Below are positions 1-11,754 of a DNA stretch of 64,000 nt, one piece after another (the first letter of the stretch is position 1; each line of letters opens with the position of its first letter). Under the pieces are notes generated by a model. It was given only the letters and a program-made list of their open reading frames with translations. It had not been told where the DNA came from and searched no databases. Both the position numbers and the translations under genes were made by a program. The DNA is from Bacteroidia bacterium. Lineage in GTDB: Bacteria > Bacteroidota > Bacteroidia > M30B66. The stretch spans positions 352,001 through 416,000 of the forward strand of contig OZ257142.1 in assembly GCA_965279035.1 (NCBI GenBank), written 5' to 3'.

Positions 1-296
1 TGCCCTGGAAAAAAACGATACGATTGATTTACTCGTGAATAATTTGTCTCGATTTTAATCCCATATATTTTTCGAGAATAATAACCTCCATGATCAAAAT
101 ATAAAGCCCCTGTTAAGCCTCCTCCATACCCTCCAGAAAAAACATAAGTTGAATCTCCGCCATCATATTTAATGGTTTTTGCTAACAGTTGTGAAGCATA
201 ATAAGATACATTTCCTCCAAAATGAAATGTTTGCCCAAAAGCAATCTTTCCAAAAACTAGAAAAACTAAACAGATATATGTCTTCAAAAATCTCAC
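1..296 (-). CDS. Partial (3' end outside window) exported protein, probable outer-membrane beta-barrel (PorT/OMP-like)
   Basis: Not in the ORF track. Read by hand from GTG at 296: MRFLKTYICLVFLVFGKIAFGQTFHFGGNVSYYASQLL...GGYGGGLTGALYF...IYGIKIETNYSRVNQSY. It stays open to the window edge and has a signal peptide ending AFG-Q plus aromatic/Gly beta-strand patterns. Confidence 0.6.
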   Translation of the reverse strand, partial: MRFLKTYICLVFLVFGKIAFGQTFHFGGNVSYYASQLLAKTIKYDGGDSTYVFSGGYGGGLTGALYFDHGGYYSRKIYGIKIETNYSRVNQSYRFFPG

Positions 297-383
297 GTTC
301 TTGGCTAACCTACGAAATATAATAAAACTGGGTACATTGTATTTCTTTACTTGTAAGAAAGTACGAAAGCTTGTTAAACAAAA

Positions 384-414
384 CACCCTGCAAATCATTG
401 AAGATTGCAGGGTG
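384..414 (-). terminator. Intrinsic terminator downstream of groEL
   Basis: Inverted repeat CACCCTGCAA (384-393) / TTGCAGGGTG (405-414), followed by TTTTGTTT on the minus strand. Confidence 0.75.
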
Positions 415-440
415 CTTAAATAGTTTAATATAATCGGAAA

Positions 441-2385
<1,945 letters not shown>

Positions 2386-2418
2386 GTTTTTTTGATTTTA
2401 CAGTTATGTTTTGGCGCT

Positions 2419-2434
2419 TGCGAATGATATGCCA
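2419..2434 (-). promoter_or_regulatory. Putative sigma54 (-24/-12) promoter of groES-groEL
   Basis: Minus strand reads TGGCATATCATTCGCA, i.e. GG-N10-GC with the exact spacing of TGGCACG-N4-TTGCW, 33 bp before the groES ATG. Confidence 0.6.
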
Positions 2435-2445
2435 CCGAAGCTGTT

Positions 2446-2459
2446 TGACAATATTGTCA
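2446..2459. promoter_or_regulatory. TGACA-N4-TGTCA palindromic operator upstream of groES
   Basis: Perfect palindrome TGACAATATTGTCA. The same arms and spacing recur at 6995-7008. Confidence 0.55.
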
Positions 2460-2475
2460 GTCTATCAATTGATGC

Positions 2476-2518
2476 AAAAAAAAATCGTGTCAGCCCGGTG
2501 ACAGACTGACACGATTTT
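2476..2518 (-). terminator. Intrinsic terminator after secG
   Basis: Stem AAAATCGTGTCAG (2481-2493) / CTGACACGATTTT (2506-2518) with a long T-tract on the minus strand. Confidence 0.7.
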
Positions 2519-2545
2519 GTTAAGTATTATGAATTAATTGGCAGG

Positions 2546-2869
2546 CTATGGTGCTGCTGGAGCAGGTGCTGGCGTTGGAGCAGGTGCTGGAGCGCTTGCC
2601 GATTCTGCTTTCTCTTGACTTACCGATTGCTGTTGCTTGGGTTCTGAAGAATTGTTCATAACAGTCGACAATAAACAAAGTACGACTAATACAGCAACTA
2701 AAGTCCATGTCGACTTCTCAAGAAAGTCAGTTGTCTTACGAACTCCCATTACTTGGTTGCTCGCTGAAAATGTAGAGGAAAGTCCACCTCCTTTTGAATT
2801 CTGAACAAGCACTACTAGAATCAATAAAATTGATGCAAGAATGATGAGTGCTGAAATTATACCGGTCAT
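2546..2869 (-). CDS. secG: Preprotein translocase subunit SecG
   Basis: Two TM helices around LVQNSKGGGLSSTF, FLEKSTW; Pro/Ala-rich tail. Confidence 0.95.
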   Translation of the reverse strand: MTGIISALIILASILLILVVLVQNSKGGGLSSTFSASNQVMGVRKTTDFLEKSTWTLVAVLVVLCLLSTVMNNSSEPKQQQSVSQEKAESASAPAPAPTPAPAPAAP

Positions 2870-3735
2870 ATTAAATCAGGATTTTCCAGTTTTTGTATAA
2901 GGGCGGCAAAGTAACCGCTTTTATCCGGATATAACAAACTTAATTTTTGATAAATACGAATCGCCTTTTCTATATTTCCTTGTTCTGCATAAATTTTAGC
3001 TAGCGTTTCTGATACGATATCATCATTGTCTTCAACACTTTTTTTAGCCATAATAATCGGAGAAAAGAACTCAGTCTTTACTGGCTTACTTATTCTTGGT
3101 TCCGTTTGTATAAATCGCTCAATCAGTTGTTCTTTTTGAACAAACTCTTCTTTTGAATTAACCCCTATTTGCTCCTTTGATTTGTTTTCAGATTTATACT
3201 GATTTAACCACTCATAAAAACTATGTTTCCCTTGTAATTTCTCAGCAAAATCAAGGTCAACACTAACTTCTATCACTTTTTCTAGAGTTGGTTTGTCGAC
3301 TTGTTCTTCTCGTTTTTCTTCCTCTATTTTCTCAGTTTCAATTCGACTAATTTCAGGGTAATTCAGAATTTGAGAAACAATATCCAATGAATTTACTTCA
3401 CTTATTTCTAGCCTGTTAATCTCTTCTGAATTAGGCCGAACCCTTGTCTCTTCAATGGTTTCAACAACAGTTATTAATGGTTCTTTAGAAAGCGTTTTTT
3501 GATTTGTTGGATTATGTAAATTATAAAGCACCTTTCTATCACCAGAATAAAGTGCTGCATTCTTTAATGCTTCGGGAAATCGAATATCTCTCGATTGGTT
3601 TAATGCCATTGAAAGCAGAATGTGTGCTCCTGAAAAAAATGGGTACATTTTAATTACCTCATCAAAATCATTTAATGAATTTGATGGAATTTTTTCCGAG
3701 TGCTTAATAAAATCAAGAAATTCCTCGCGTTTCAT
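2866..3735 (-). CDS. Conserved Bacteroidota protein with C-terminal TPR
   Basis: N-terminal YPFF motif, C-terminal SETLAKIYAEQGNIEKAIRIYQKLSLLYPDKS. The ATG overlaps the lptE stop (TAATG). Confidence 0.75.
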   Translation of the reverse strand: MKREEFLDFIKHSEKIPSNSLNDFDEVIKMYPFFSGAHILLSMALNQSRDIRFPEALKNAALYSGDRKVLYNLHNPTNQKTLSKEPLITVVETIEETRVRPNSEEINRLEISEVNSLDIVSQILNYPEISRIETEKIEEEKREEQVDKPTLEKVIEVSVDLDFAEKLQGKHSFYEWLNQYKSENKSKEQIGVNSKEEFVQKEQLIERFIQTEPRISKPVKTEFFSPIIMAKKSVEDNDDIVSETLAKIYAEQGNIEKAIRIYQKLSLLYPDKSGYFAALIQKLENPDLI

Positions 3736-4226
3736 TACCAATTAATAAGTGCTTTGTTAAAAATATCTTGGATTATTTGCTGATTAACTTGCTTTATTAA
3801 TTCTGTTTCTACAGAAACTAAATTCTGACTACTTGGAAAATCTACAAACCGAGAAAAACTACTATCAAAATCTTTTGTCGGCTCTAAATTGTTCGTGAAT
3901 TTTACATTAACCGTTATGGTTAAACGATTCGTTGAAGCTGTTTGATTTCCAACTCCAACAGGGCCTATCCGATAATCAGTTATTGCCCCTTCCAATTGAA
4001 GATCTCCTTTTTTCTGAACCAATGAAAGTGGACTTTGGCTTTGGAAAAAATTTCTCAAATCTTCTGTAAACGACTGACTTAATGTTGGCTGAACGAGTGC
4101 TGCATTATTAGGAAAAAATAAAATGGAGATAGATTTAGCCTCCCCATAATTTCCTCCGGATAAAGAAAGCTTGCAAGAGCTCAATAAAACTGAAATAATG
4201 AAAGTGAAAACAAAAATCCTTTTCAT
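3735..4226 (-). CDS. lptE: LPS assembly lipoprotein LptE family
   Basis: Lipobox LLSSC, FPNNAALVQPTLSQSFTE, GDLQLEGAITDY, RLTITVNVKF. Confidence 0.8.
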   Translation of the reverse strand: MKRIFVFTFIISVLLSSCKLSLSGGNYGEAKSISILFFPNNAALVQPTLSQSFTEDLRNFFQSQSPLSLVQKKGDLQLEGAITDYRIGPVGVGNQTASTNRLTITVNVKFTNNLEPTKDFDSSFSRFVDFPSSQNLVSVETELIKQVNQQIIQDIFNKALINW

Positions 4227-4227
4227 G

Positions 4228-5475
4228 TCAGAGATTTATGCCGTATTCCTTTATTTTTCGATAGAGTGTTCTTTCAGAAATGCCCAACTCTTTCGCCGCA
4301 TTCTTTCTTCTTCCTCTATACTTTTCCAAAGCCTTAATAATTAATTCCTTTTCCCGATCTTCTAATGACAAACTTTCTTCTTCCACTTCAATATGTTCGG
4401 TTAATGGTGGATTTGAAGGAGTAATATAAGCAGCACCAGGCGTTGGAGTGGTCGAAGGTGAATTCGTTTGATAAAGAGGTTGTTGTTGAATGTCACTATA
4501 AAGTTTACTAATAATTTGGGCATTGTCTTCATGAAAATGTTGATCCGCGACACCATTTTGAAGAAATCCAAGCATGAGCTTTTTCATATCCACCATGTCC
4601 TTCTTCATATCGAAAAGAACTTTATATAGAATATCTCTTTCTGAAAAATCGCCCGAACCATCTTGTCTCGATAATGCAGGAACCATGCTTCCATGAGGAC
4701 TGGGAAGATAACGCGCTAAAACCTCTGGTGATACATTCCGTTCATTTTCAATAATTGAAATCTGTTCTGTAACGTTTTTCAATTGTCGTACATTCCCTGG
4801 CCATCTATATTTTACTAATACTTGTTGAGAGTTTTCATCTAAACGAATAGACGGCATTTTATATTTATCAGCAAAGTCGGACGCAAATTTCCGAAACAAT
4901 AAAACGATATCATTTCCTCTCTCTCGCAGCGCTGGAATAATAATAGGAACAGTATTTAATCGATAATATAAATCTTCCCGAAATTTCCCTTTATCAATTG
5001 CCTCAGGAATATTCACATTGGTAGCAGCAACAATGCGTACATCTGTTTTTAATACTTTGGAAGAACCAACTTTAATAAATTCCCCTGTTTCAAGAACGCG
5101 AAGCAACCTCACTTGGGTTTGCAATGGCAATTCAGCCACTTCATCCAAAAAAATCGTCCCTCCACTAGCAACTTCAAAATACCCCTTTCGTGCTTCATTT
5201 GCTCCCGTAAATGAGCCTTTTTCATGTCCGAAAAGCTCTGAGTCTATTGTCCCTTCAGGGATAGCTCCGCAGTTTACTGCTATAAAAGATCCGTGTTTTC
5301 GGGTAGAAAAACTATGAATTACTTTGGAAAAGACTTCTTTCCCCGTGCCACTTTCTCCAGTTATTAATACTGTTAAATCCGTTGCTGCAACTCTCCAAGC
5401 TGTATCTATTGCTCTATCCAACGATGGTGATGAGCCAATAATTCCAAACCTATTTTTAATGTCTTGAATATTCAT
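4228..5475 (-). CDS. Sigma54-interacting AAA+ transcriptional regulator with Fis-type HTH and no N-terminal input domain
   Basis: Walker A GESGTGKE, ESELF-like DSELFGHEKGSFTGA, Walker B FLDEV, WPGNVRQL, C-terminal AAKELGISERTLYRKIKEY. Confidence 0.92.
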   Translation of the reverse strand: MNIQDIKNRFGIIGSSPSLDRAIDTAWRVAATDLTVLITGESGTGKEVFSKVIHSFSTRKHGSFIAVNCGAIPEGTIDSELFGHEKGSFTGANEARKGYFEVASGGTIFLDEVAELPLQTQVRLLRVLETGEFIKVGSSKVLKTDVRIVAATNVNIPEAIDKGKFREDLYYRLNTVPIIIPALRERGNDIVLLFRKFASDFADKYKMPSIRLDENSQQVLVKYRWPGNVRQLKNVTEQISIIENERNVSPEVLARYLPSPHGSMVPALSRQDGSGDFSERDILYKVLFDMKKDMVDMKKLMLGFLQNGVADQHFHEDNAQIISKLYSDIQQQPLYQTNSPSTTPTPGAAYITPSNPPLTEHIEVEEESLSLEDREKELIIKALEKYRGRRKNAAKELGISERTLYRKIKEYGINL

Positions 5476-5487
5476 TTTCCGCTTGAA

Positions 5488-6945
5488 TTAATGACCAGGA
5501 GCAATTCCTATTGCATTTCCGAGTAATGTCGCTTGTGTGCAATCATGAATTATAACATCAACTAAATCTCCCGCTTTATAATTCTCTTTGGGAAATACAA
5601 CCACTTTGTTTTCAGAACTTCTACCTGATACAAATTCTGATGAACGCTTTGAATCTCCCTCAATTAATACTCTCACCGTTTTCCCAATATCCAATTGATT
5701 GCTTTTCTTGGATAATCGATTTTGAACATGGATAATTTCTGACAAACGTCTTCCTTTAGTTTCTTCTGGAATATCATCAGTATATTTTCGTTCTGCTAGT
5801 GTTTTCGGCCTTTCTGAGTATTTATACATATATGAAAAGTCAAATTCCGACCACTCCATCAAACTTAATGTGTCTTGATGTTGTTCTTCTGTTTCTGAAC
5901 AGAATCCTGTAATAATATCAGATGAAATTCCACATCCTGGTAATATTCTACGAATCGTTTTTATGCGTTCCATATACCACTCACGCGTGTACCCTCGGTT
6001 CATTTTTTCTAGTAGTTCAGTATTTCCCGATTGAACTGGCAAATGAATATAATTGCAGATGTTATGATGCTTTGCCATTGTCTCTAATACTGCATCACTC
6101 ATGTCTTTAGGATGTGATGTAGAAAAACGTATCCGCATATTGGGTGATGAAATTGCCACTCGCTCTAAAAGTTGAGCAAAATTGACCGCGTCTTTCAACT
6201 CTTCATCAGAATACATCTCTTTTTTTAGTCCTCCACCAGAAAAAAGATAAGAATCAACGTTCTGTCCTAATAAGGTTACTTCTCGATATCCATTTTCATA
6301 AAGGTCTTTTACCTCTTGTATAATGGTGTGTGGATCTCGGCTTCGTTCTCGTCCGCGAGTAAATGGAACAACACAAAATGAACACATGTTATCGCAGCCA
6401 CGCGTAATCGATACAAATGCGGTGACTCCATTTCCGCCTAATCGAACTGGAGAAATATCTGCGTAAGTTTCTTCTTTAGATAAAATTACATTGATTGCCT
6501 TTCTACCATCTTCAGCTGTAGCAATTAAGTTAGGCAAATCACGATAGGCATCTGGTCCAACTACCATATCAACCAACTTCTCCTCTTCCATTAATTTTGA
6601 TTTTAACCGTTCGGCCATACAGCCTAAAACGCCAATAATCAACTCTGGCTTTGCTTTTTTGGCTTTGTTATATTCTGTTAACCTTTGTCGAACACGTTGC
6701 TCTGCATTGTCTCGAATGGCGCAGGTGTTTACAAATATCAAATCGGCTTCTTCCATTTTTGTTGTGGTCGAAAAACCCTCCTTGATTAATATAGAGGCTA
6801 CAATCTCGCTATCCGCGAAGTTCATAGCACATCCATAACTTTCTAGAAACATCTTTTTTCCTCGTCCCGATTCTACTATATCAGGCAAAACAAGAGCTTC
6901 TCCTTGCCTAGTTTCGTCTATTTCTTTCGTTGATAGATCTTTCAT
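5488..6945 (-). CDS. miaB: tRNA (N6-isopentenyl adenosine(37)-C2)-methylthiotransferase MiaB
   Basis: [23 protein letters not shown], radical [12 protein letters not shown]-terminal TRAM domain. Confidence 0.96.
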   Translation of the reverse strand: MKDLSTKEIDETRQGEALVLPDIVESGRGKKMFLESYGCAMNFADSEIVASILIKEGFSTTTKMEEADLIFVNTCAIRDNAEQRVRQRLTEYNKAKKAKPELIIGVLGCMAERLKSKLMEEEKLVDMVVGPDAYRDLPNLIATAEDGRKAINVILSKEETYADISPVRLGGNGVTAFVSITRGCDNMCSFCVVPFTRGRERSRDPHTIIQEVKDLYENGYREVTLLGQNVDSYLFSGGGLKKEMYSDEELKDAVNFAQLLERVAISSPNMRIRFSTSHPKDMSDAVLETMAKHHNICNYIHLPVQSGNTELLEKMNRGYTREWYMERIKTIRRILPGCGISSDIITGFCSETEEQHQDTLSLMEWSEFDFSYMYKYSERPKTLAERKYTDDIPEETKGRRLSEIIHVQNRLSKKSNQLDIGKTVRVLIEGDSKRSSEFVSGRSSENKVVVFPKENYKAGDLVDVIIHDCTQATLLGNAIGIAPGH

Positions 6946-6962
6946 GTGTCAATTAAGGATTG

Positions 6963-6993
6963 CAAAAGTAGTTAATCTCCTTGGGGTGACAAA
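6963..6993 (-). promoter_or_regulatory. Bacteroidota housekeeping promoter of the miaB gene run (-33 TTTG / -7 TAnnTTTG)
   Basis: Minus strand TTTG (6993-6990), 19-nt spacer, then TACTTTTG (6970-6963), ending 17 bp before the miaB ATG. Confidence 0.7.
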
Positions 6994-7008
6994 ATGACAC
7001 CTGTGTCA
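6987..7008. promoter_or_regulatory. TGACA-N4-TGTCA operator plus an extra half-site overlapping the miaB -33 box
   Basis: TGACA(6987)-AAA-TGACA(6995)-CCTG-TGTCA(7004-7008). Confidence 0.55.
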
Positions 7009-7128
7009 GTGTGTGATTTCTTCCTCGTTTTAGGTTGTTGTTATCACGAGAGATTGATTTTAATTTGCAAAGGCCGGATTACTTTCTGTTTCTTTGTCGC
7101 CTTTCACCATCATAAAATTTTGCTTAAA

Positions 7129-9453
7129 ATGCCTAAAAACCTTGTCATTGTTGAGTCCCCGGCGAAAGCAAAAACAATTGAAGGCTTCCTTGGAGCCGAC
7201 TACATTGTTAAATCTTGCTTTGGGCACATTCGAGATCTGAGCAAATCAGATATTTCTATCGATGTGAATAACAACTATGCTCCTAAATATGAGGTTTCTC
7301 CTGATAAGAAAGAAATCATTAAGGAATTAACAAAGCTGTCTAAAAGTGTTGATACCGTTTGGCTTGCATCGGACGAGGACCGTGAAGGAGAAGCGATATC
7401 ATGGCACCTTTTTGAAGCATTGAACTTAGATGAAGCGAACACGAAGAGAATCGTTTTCCACGAAATAACAAAGCCTGCAATCTTAAAGGCAATTGAAAAA
7501 CCACGAAAAATTGACTATAATTTAGTTAATGCACAACAAGCTCGAAGAATTCTTGATCGCTTAGTTGGTTACGAACTGTCTCCTATTCTTTGGAAAAAAG
7601 TAAAACCGTCTCTTTCTGCTGGACGGGTTCAGTCTGTTGCCGTTCGTCTTTTAGTTGAGCGTGAAAGAGAAGTGAACAGTTTCTTATCTGTATCTGGATT
7701 TCGAGTTGTGGCATTATTGTCTTTCACCCATAAGGGTAAATCATACACTCTAAAAGCAACTCTTCCTCGAAAATTAACAAACGAAAAAGAAGCTCAAGAG
7801 TTTTTAGAAAGCTGCAAAAGCGCGAGTTTCTCTGTCGGAAGTGTAGAAAAGAAACCCGCACGAAGAACTCCTTCTGCACCGTTTACGACATCAACACTTC
7901 AACAAGAAGCGTCTAGAAAACTGGGGTATTCTGTGTCCCAAACAATGGTTCTAGCTCAGAAACTCTATGAGGCTGGAAAAATTACCTACATGAGAACCGA
8001 TTCTGTTAACTTATCCGAAACGGCTCTAAATGCAGCAAAAGACCAAATAAATAGTCAGTTTGGCGAGCGTTATCACAAACAACGTCAGTATACAACTAAA
8101 AGCAAGGGCGCTCAAGAGGCTCACGAAGCAATCCGTCCTACCTATATGGAAAACTCATCCACAGGTGGAGATGCTCAAGAAAAACGCCTTTATGAGCTTA
8201 TTTGGAAAAGAACTCTTGCCTCTCAAATGGCTGATGCTGAACTCGAAAGAACAGTAGTTAAGGTTTCAATATCAACTCAAAAAGAACAATTAGAAGCACA
8301 AGGAGAAATCATTGTTTTTGATGGATTTTTAAAAGTTTACATAGAATCCACAGATGAACTTGCCGAAGAAGAAGATAGCTCTGGATTGCTTCCTCCTGTT
8401 GAAGCTGGATTAAATCTGGCTCTTAACGATATGACGGTTACGGAAAAATTTCCGAATAGCCCTCCTCGTTATACGGAAGCTTCGTTAGTGAAAAAACTGG
8501 AAGAGCTTGGTATCGGAAGACCATCAACCTATGCCCCAACAATTTCTACAATACAAAAACGAAATTACGTTGTTAAAGAAGATCGTGAAGGAACACAAAG
8601 GAACTACACTGTTTTAACTTTGAAGGACAACTCCATTCAAAATGAAATTAGAACAGAGACGACAGGTGCAGAGAAAAATAAATTATTTCCAACAGATATT
8701 GGAACTGTTGTAAATGATTTTCTTATGGAGCATTTTGAGCAAATCATGGATTTCCATTTTACAGCAAAAGTTGAAAAGGAGTTCGATGAAATTGCCGAAG
8801 GAATGCAAGAATGGACAAAGATGATTGATCAGTTTTATCATCCTTTCCATAAAGATGTAGAACGAACATTACTTGAATCTGAAAGAGCCACAGGATCAAG
8901 ATTGTTGGGAGTAGACCCCAAAACCAACAAAAACATTTATGTTAGAATTGGTCGATATGGTGCATTAGCACAAATTGGAGAAAACGATGATGAAGACAAA
9001 AAGTTCTCAAACCTCCGCGCAGGACAACGTTTAGAGTCTATTACTCTTGAGGAATCATTAGAGCTTTTTAAATTACCTAGAAACTTAGGGGAATTTGAAG
9101 GTAAGGACATGACTGTTGGAACAGGCCGATTTGGCCCATATATTCGCCACAATAGTTCTTTTTATTCATTACCGAAAACGGATGATCCGCTATTAGTAGA
9201 TTCCGTTCGGGCTCAAGAAATTATTGAAAATAAACGCAAGGCAGATGCTGAAAAAGTGATTTCTCGTTTTTCGGAAACTGAGCCAGAAATTCAGGTTTTA
9301 AACGGCCGCTTTGGTCCTTATATCGCGAAGGGAAAAGAAAACTTCAAAATACCGAAAGATCGAGATCCCAAAAGCCTTTCACTAGATGATTGTTTGGCAA
9401 TAATCGCAGATGAAGCAAACAAGCCTAAAAAAATTAAACGCGGGAAGAAATAA
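7129..9453 (+). CDS. topA: DNA topoisomerase I (type IA)
   Basis: MPKNLVIVESPAKAKTI (start 7129), DEDREGEAI, SAGRVQS, ITYMRTDS, C-terminal GRFGPY repeats. Confidence 0.98.
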   Translation: MPKNLVIVESPAKAKTIEGFLGADYIVKSCFGHIRDLSKSDISIDVNNNYAPKYEVSPDKKEIIKELTKLSKSVDTVWLASDEDREGEAISWHLFEALNLDEANTKRIVFHEITKPAILKAIEKPRKIDYNLVNAQQARRILDRLVGYELSPILWKKVKPSLSAGRVQSVAVRLLVEREREVNSFLSVSGFRVVALLSFTHKGKSYTLKATLPRKLTNEKEAQEFLESCKSASFSVGSVEKKPARRTPSAPFTTSTLQQEASRKLGYSVSQTMVLAQKLYEAGKITYMRTDSVNLSETALNAAKDQINSQFGERYHKQRQYTTKSKGAQEAHEAIRPTYMENSSTGGDAQEKRLYELIWKRTLASQMADAELERTVVKVSISTQKEQLEAQGEIIVFDGFLKVYIESTDELAEEEDSSGLLPPVEAGLNLALNDMTVTEKFPNSPPRYTEASLVKKLEELGIGRPSTYAPTISTIQKRNYVVKEDREGTQRNYTVLTLKDNSIQNEIRTETTGAEKNKLFPTDIGTVVNDFLMEHFEQIMDFHFTAKVEKEFDEIAEGMQEWTKMIDQFYHPFHKDVERTLLESERATGSRLLGVDPKTNKNIYVRIGRYGALAQIGENDDEDKKFSNLRAGQRLESITLEESLELFKLPRNLGEFEGKDMTVGTGRFGPYIRHNSSFYSLPKTDDPLLVDSVRAQEIIENKRKADAEKVISRFSETEPEIQVLNGRFGPYIAKGKENFKIPKDRDPKSLSLDDCLAIIADEANKPKKIKRGKK

Positions 9454-9462
9454 TTTCTCATT

Positions 9463-10593
9463 GTGAATCTATTATCTCATCTTGATCTTCAACAAGTAAA
9501 GGAACTCAAAGGCAGAGATTGGCCAATAAGCAGCTTTGGTCGTCATATAGAACCATACACAACAGATTTAATGATTCGGAATGAAGCTCCATCTGTTGTA
9601 TTGCTTTCAATATGTGATCCTGGAGAAGAGCTTTCAATCTTTACTATTCGAGAAAATTTATATTCCTTATTTTATTCTGGTAATCATTTTCTATTTGCTG
9701 ATGCAGGCGTTTTTTTAGGAAATGATGAAGAATTCCAAGAAGCTTTGAGTCGAATTAGAGAATATGGCTCTATTCCACTTGTTCTTTCTCCTGATCAAGC
9801 GAATACTTGTCATTTATATATTTCTTATTGCAATAGAGAACAAACGGTTAATTTACTATCGATAGATGAAAGGCCTGATGTAGGTGATAATATTCTAATT
9901 CCTGGAAATTCAAATTGGCTTTCATTTATATTATCCCATTCTCCTAATTATTTATTTAATTATTCATTAATTGGATTTCAAACTTATTTATCGAATTCAG
10001 AAATGTTGCGGACTTTGCAAGATTTACATTTCGATTTACACCGTTTAGGCCAAATAAGACAAGCAATTTCTTCCACAGAGCCTCTTTTTAGAAATGCCGA
10101 TTTTGTAAGTTTTGATATTAGTTCTGTTCGTGCTTCTGATAGCAATTTTAATATGAATTCGGGGCCTAATGGATTGTATGCTGAAGAAGCCTGTCAACTC
10201 ATGCGATATGCTGGATTAAGCAACAAATTAAGCATGGCAGGCATTTTTGGATGGAATAGTTTTTTAGAAAAGAATAGTTCAACATCTCAATTAATTGCAC
10301 AACTAATTTGGCATTTTTTAGATGGTGTAATAAATAGAAGTTCGGACGGCAGCATTGGCAATGATGACGATTATACCATTTATAAATTAACTGCCGACAC
10401 AATTGGAGAAGAATTAATTTTTTATAAGAATTCCAAAAATGGAAGATGGTGGATGAATGTGCCGTTTAATGACTTTACTAAAGGTCGTTTTAAAAAACAT
10501 CACATCGTTCCTTGCACCTATGAAGATTATATTCAAGCGATGAAAGGTGATATTCCGGATACTTGGTGGCAAACTTATCAGAAGCTAACTTGA
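9463..10593 (+). CDS. Arginase/formimidoylglutamase-fold protein (metal ligands degenerate)
   Basis: IGFQTY, RLGQIR, ADFVSFDISSVR, GPNGLYAEEACQLMRYAG, AQLIWHF; C-terminal RWW...VPCTYEDY. Confidence 0.75.
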   Translation: MNLLSHLDLQQVKELKGRDWPISSFGRHIEPYTTDLMIRNEAPSVVLLSICDPGEELSIFTIRENLYSLFYSGNHFLFADAGVFLGNDEEFQEALSRIREYGSIPLVLSPDQANTCHLYISYCNREQTVNLLSIDERPDVGDNILIPGNSNWLSFILSHSPNYLFNYSLIGFQTYLSNSEMLRTLQDLHFDLHRLGQIRQAISSTEPLFRNADFVSFDISSVRASDSNFNMNSGPNGLYAEEACQLMRYAGLSNKLSMAGIFGWNSFLEKNSSTSQLIAQLIWHFLDGVINRSSDGSIGNDDDYTIYKLTADTIGEELIFYKNSKNGRWWMNVPFNDFTKGRFKKHHIVPCTYEDYIQAMKGDIPDTWWQTYQKLT

Positions 10594-10737
10594 TTTTTTT
10601 ATCTGAATAACAGCACATTAAGCTATAAATGGCTTTATTTATTAACCGTTTATTCACAAACATTGTTGCACGAGACATTTTTATTTACGTATTTTAGCCT
10701 CTTGAATCCTTCATCAAAAGAAATAACGCAACAGTAG

Positions 10738-11646
10738 ATGAAAATACGCTTAACGATCGCCAGCATTTTTTCCTTGGTTTTATCAGTTAATGCCCAGCAA
10801 GATCCACAGTTTAGCCAAAACATGAATAATCGTATGATGGTGAATGCTGGATATGCTGGAACATCTGGAGCAATCTGCGGTACCGCTATTGGCAGAAGTC
10901 AGTGGTTAGGTTTTGAAGGCGCGCCTAAAACATTTGTTCTTTCAGTTGATATGCCAGTTGAAGCTCTTAAAGGAGGTCTCGGTCTAACCTTGGTTCAAGA
11001 TGCAATCGGCGTTGAAAATAATGTTTACGCGAAACTTGCTTATTCATATCACTTAAAGCTTAAATCAGGAACACTTGGTCTTGGCGTTGACATAGGCATG
11101 ATGAATAAGTCTTTAGGAAAAGGTTTAAATCCTCTTCAGGCGAACGACCCATCCATTCCTACTTCTCAAGTTTCTGCAACCGTTTTTGATGCTGGTCTTG
11201 GTTTGTATTATACTAGCAAAACATTTTATGGTGGAATATCATCTTCTCACCTTCCTCAATCTACATTCGATTTAGGTACTTCTAAGTATCAAGCTCGCCG
11301 TCACTACTACATTACTGCAGGATATCATTACCAACTAAATCCGGATATTGAATTGCGACCATCCATTTTTATTAAAAATGCGGCAACAACACAATTCGAT
11401 ATCAACTGTAACGTTCATTATAAAAACAAGATCTGGGGAGGACTTTCCTACCGATTACAAGATGCTGTTATTGTCATGGTTGGTGCTGATGTATATAAAG
11501 GTGTAAAATTAGGTCTTGCTTATGACATCAACACGTCTAAGCTAAATCCTTACAATAATGGCACTCTAGAGTTCATGCTCAATTACTGCTTCAAAGTAAA
11601 AACAGATAAGCCTCGCCAAATTTACCGCAACGTAAGATATCTGTAA
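10738..11646 (+). CDS. porP: Type IX secretion system membrane protein, PorP/SprF family
   Basis: AQQDPQFSQ, NAGYAG, RSQWLGFEGAPKT, GLAYD, GTLEFMLNY; directly upstream of gldK. Confidence 0.9.
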   Translation: MKIRLTIASIFSLVLSVNAQQDPQFSQNMNNRMMVNAGYAGTSGAICGTAIGRSQWLGFEGAPKTFVLSVDMPVEALKGGLGLTLVQDAIGVENNVYAKLAYSYHLKLKSGTLGLGVDIGMMNKSLGKGLNPLQANDPSIPTSQVSATVFDAGLGLYYTSKTFYGGISSSHLPQSTFDLGTSKYQARRHYYITAGYHYQLNPDIELRPSIFIKNAATTQFDINCNVHYKNKIWGGLSYRLQDAVIVMVGADVYKGVKLGLAYDINTSKLNPYNNGTLEFMLNYCFKVKTDKPRQIYRNVRYL

Positions 11647-11754
11647 AAATTGGCTGTAACCACTACGTCTAGACTTCGTTTACATCAAGAATTAAACAGG
11701 CTTAATACGGTTTTCAAAAGAGTGTACGTTTCAACTTCACGAATCCTTCAAGTT

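Noticed and set aside
2410-2436. CIRCE (HrcA operator) upstream of groES
   Set aside because: TTGGCGCTT...ATATGCCA only loosely resembles TTAGCACTC-N9-GAGTGCTAA in arms and spacing. A sigma54 -24/-12 reading fits better.
2555-2596. Short tandem repeat GCTGGAGCAGGT
   Set aside because: It simply encodes the Pro-Ala tail of SecG.
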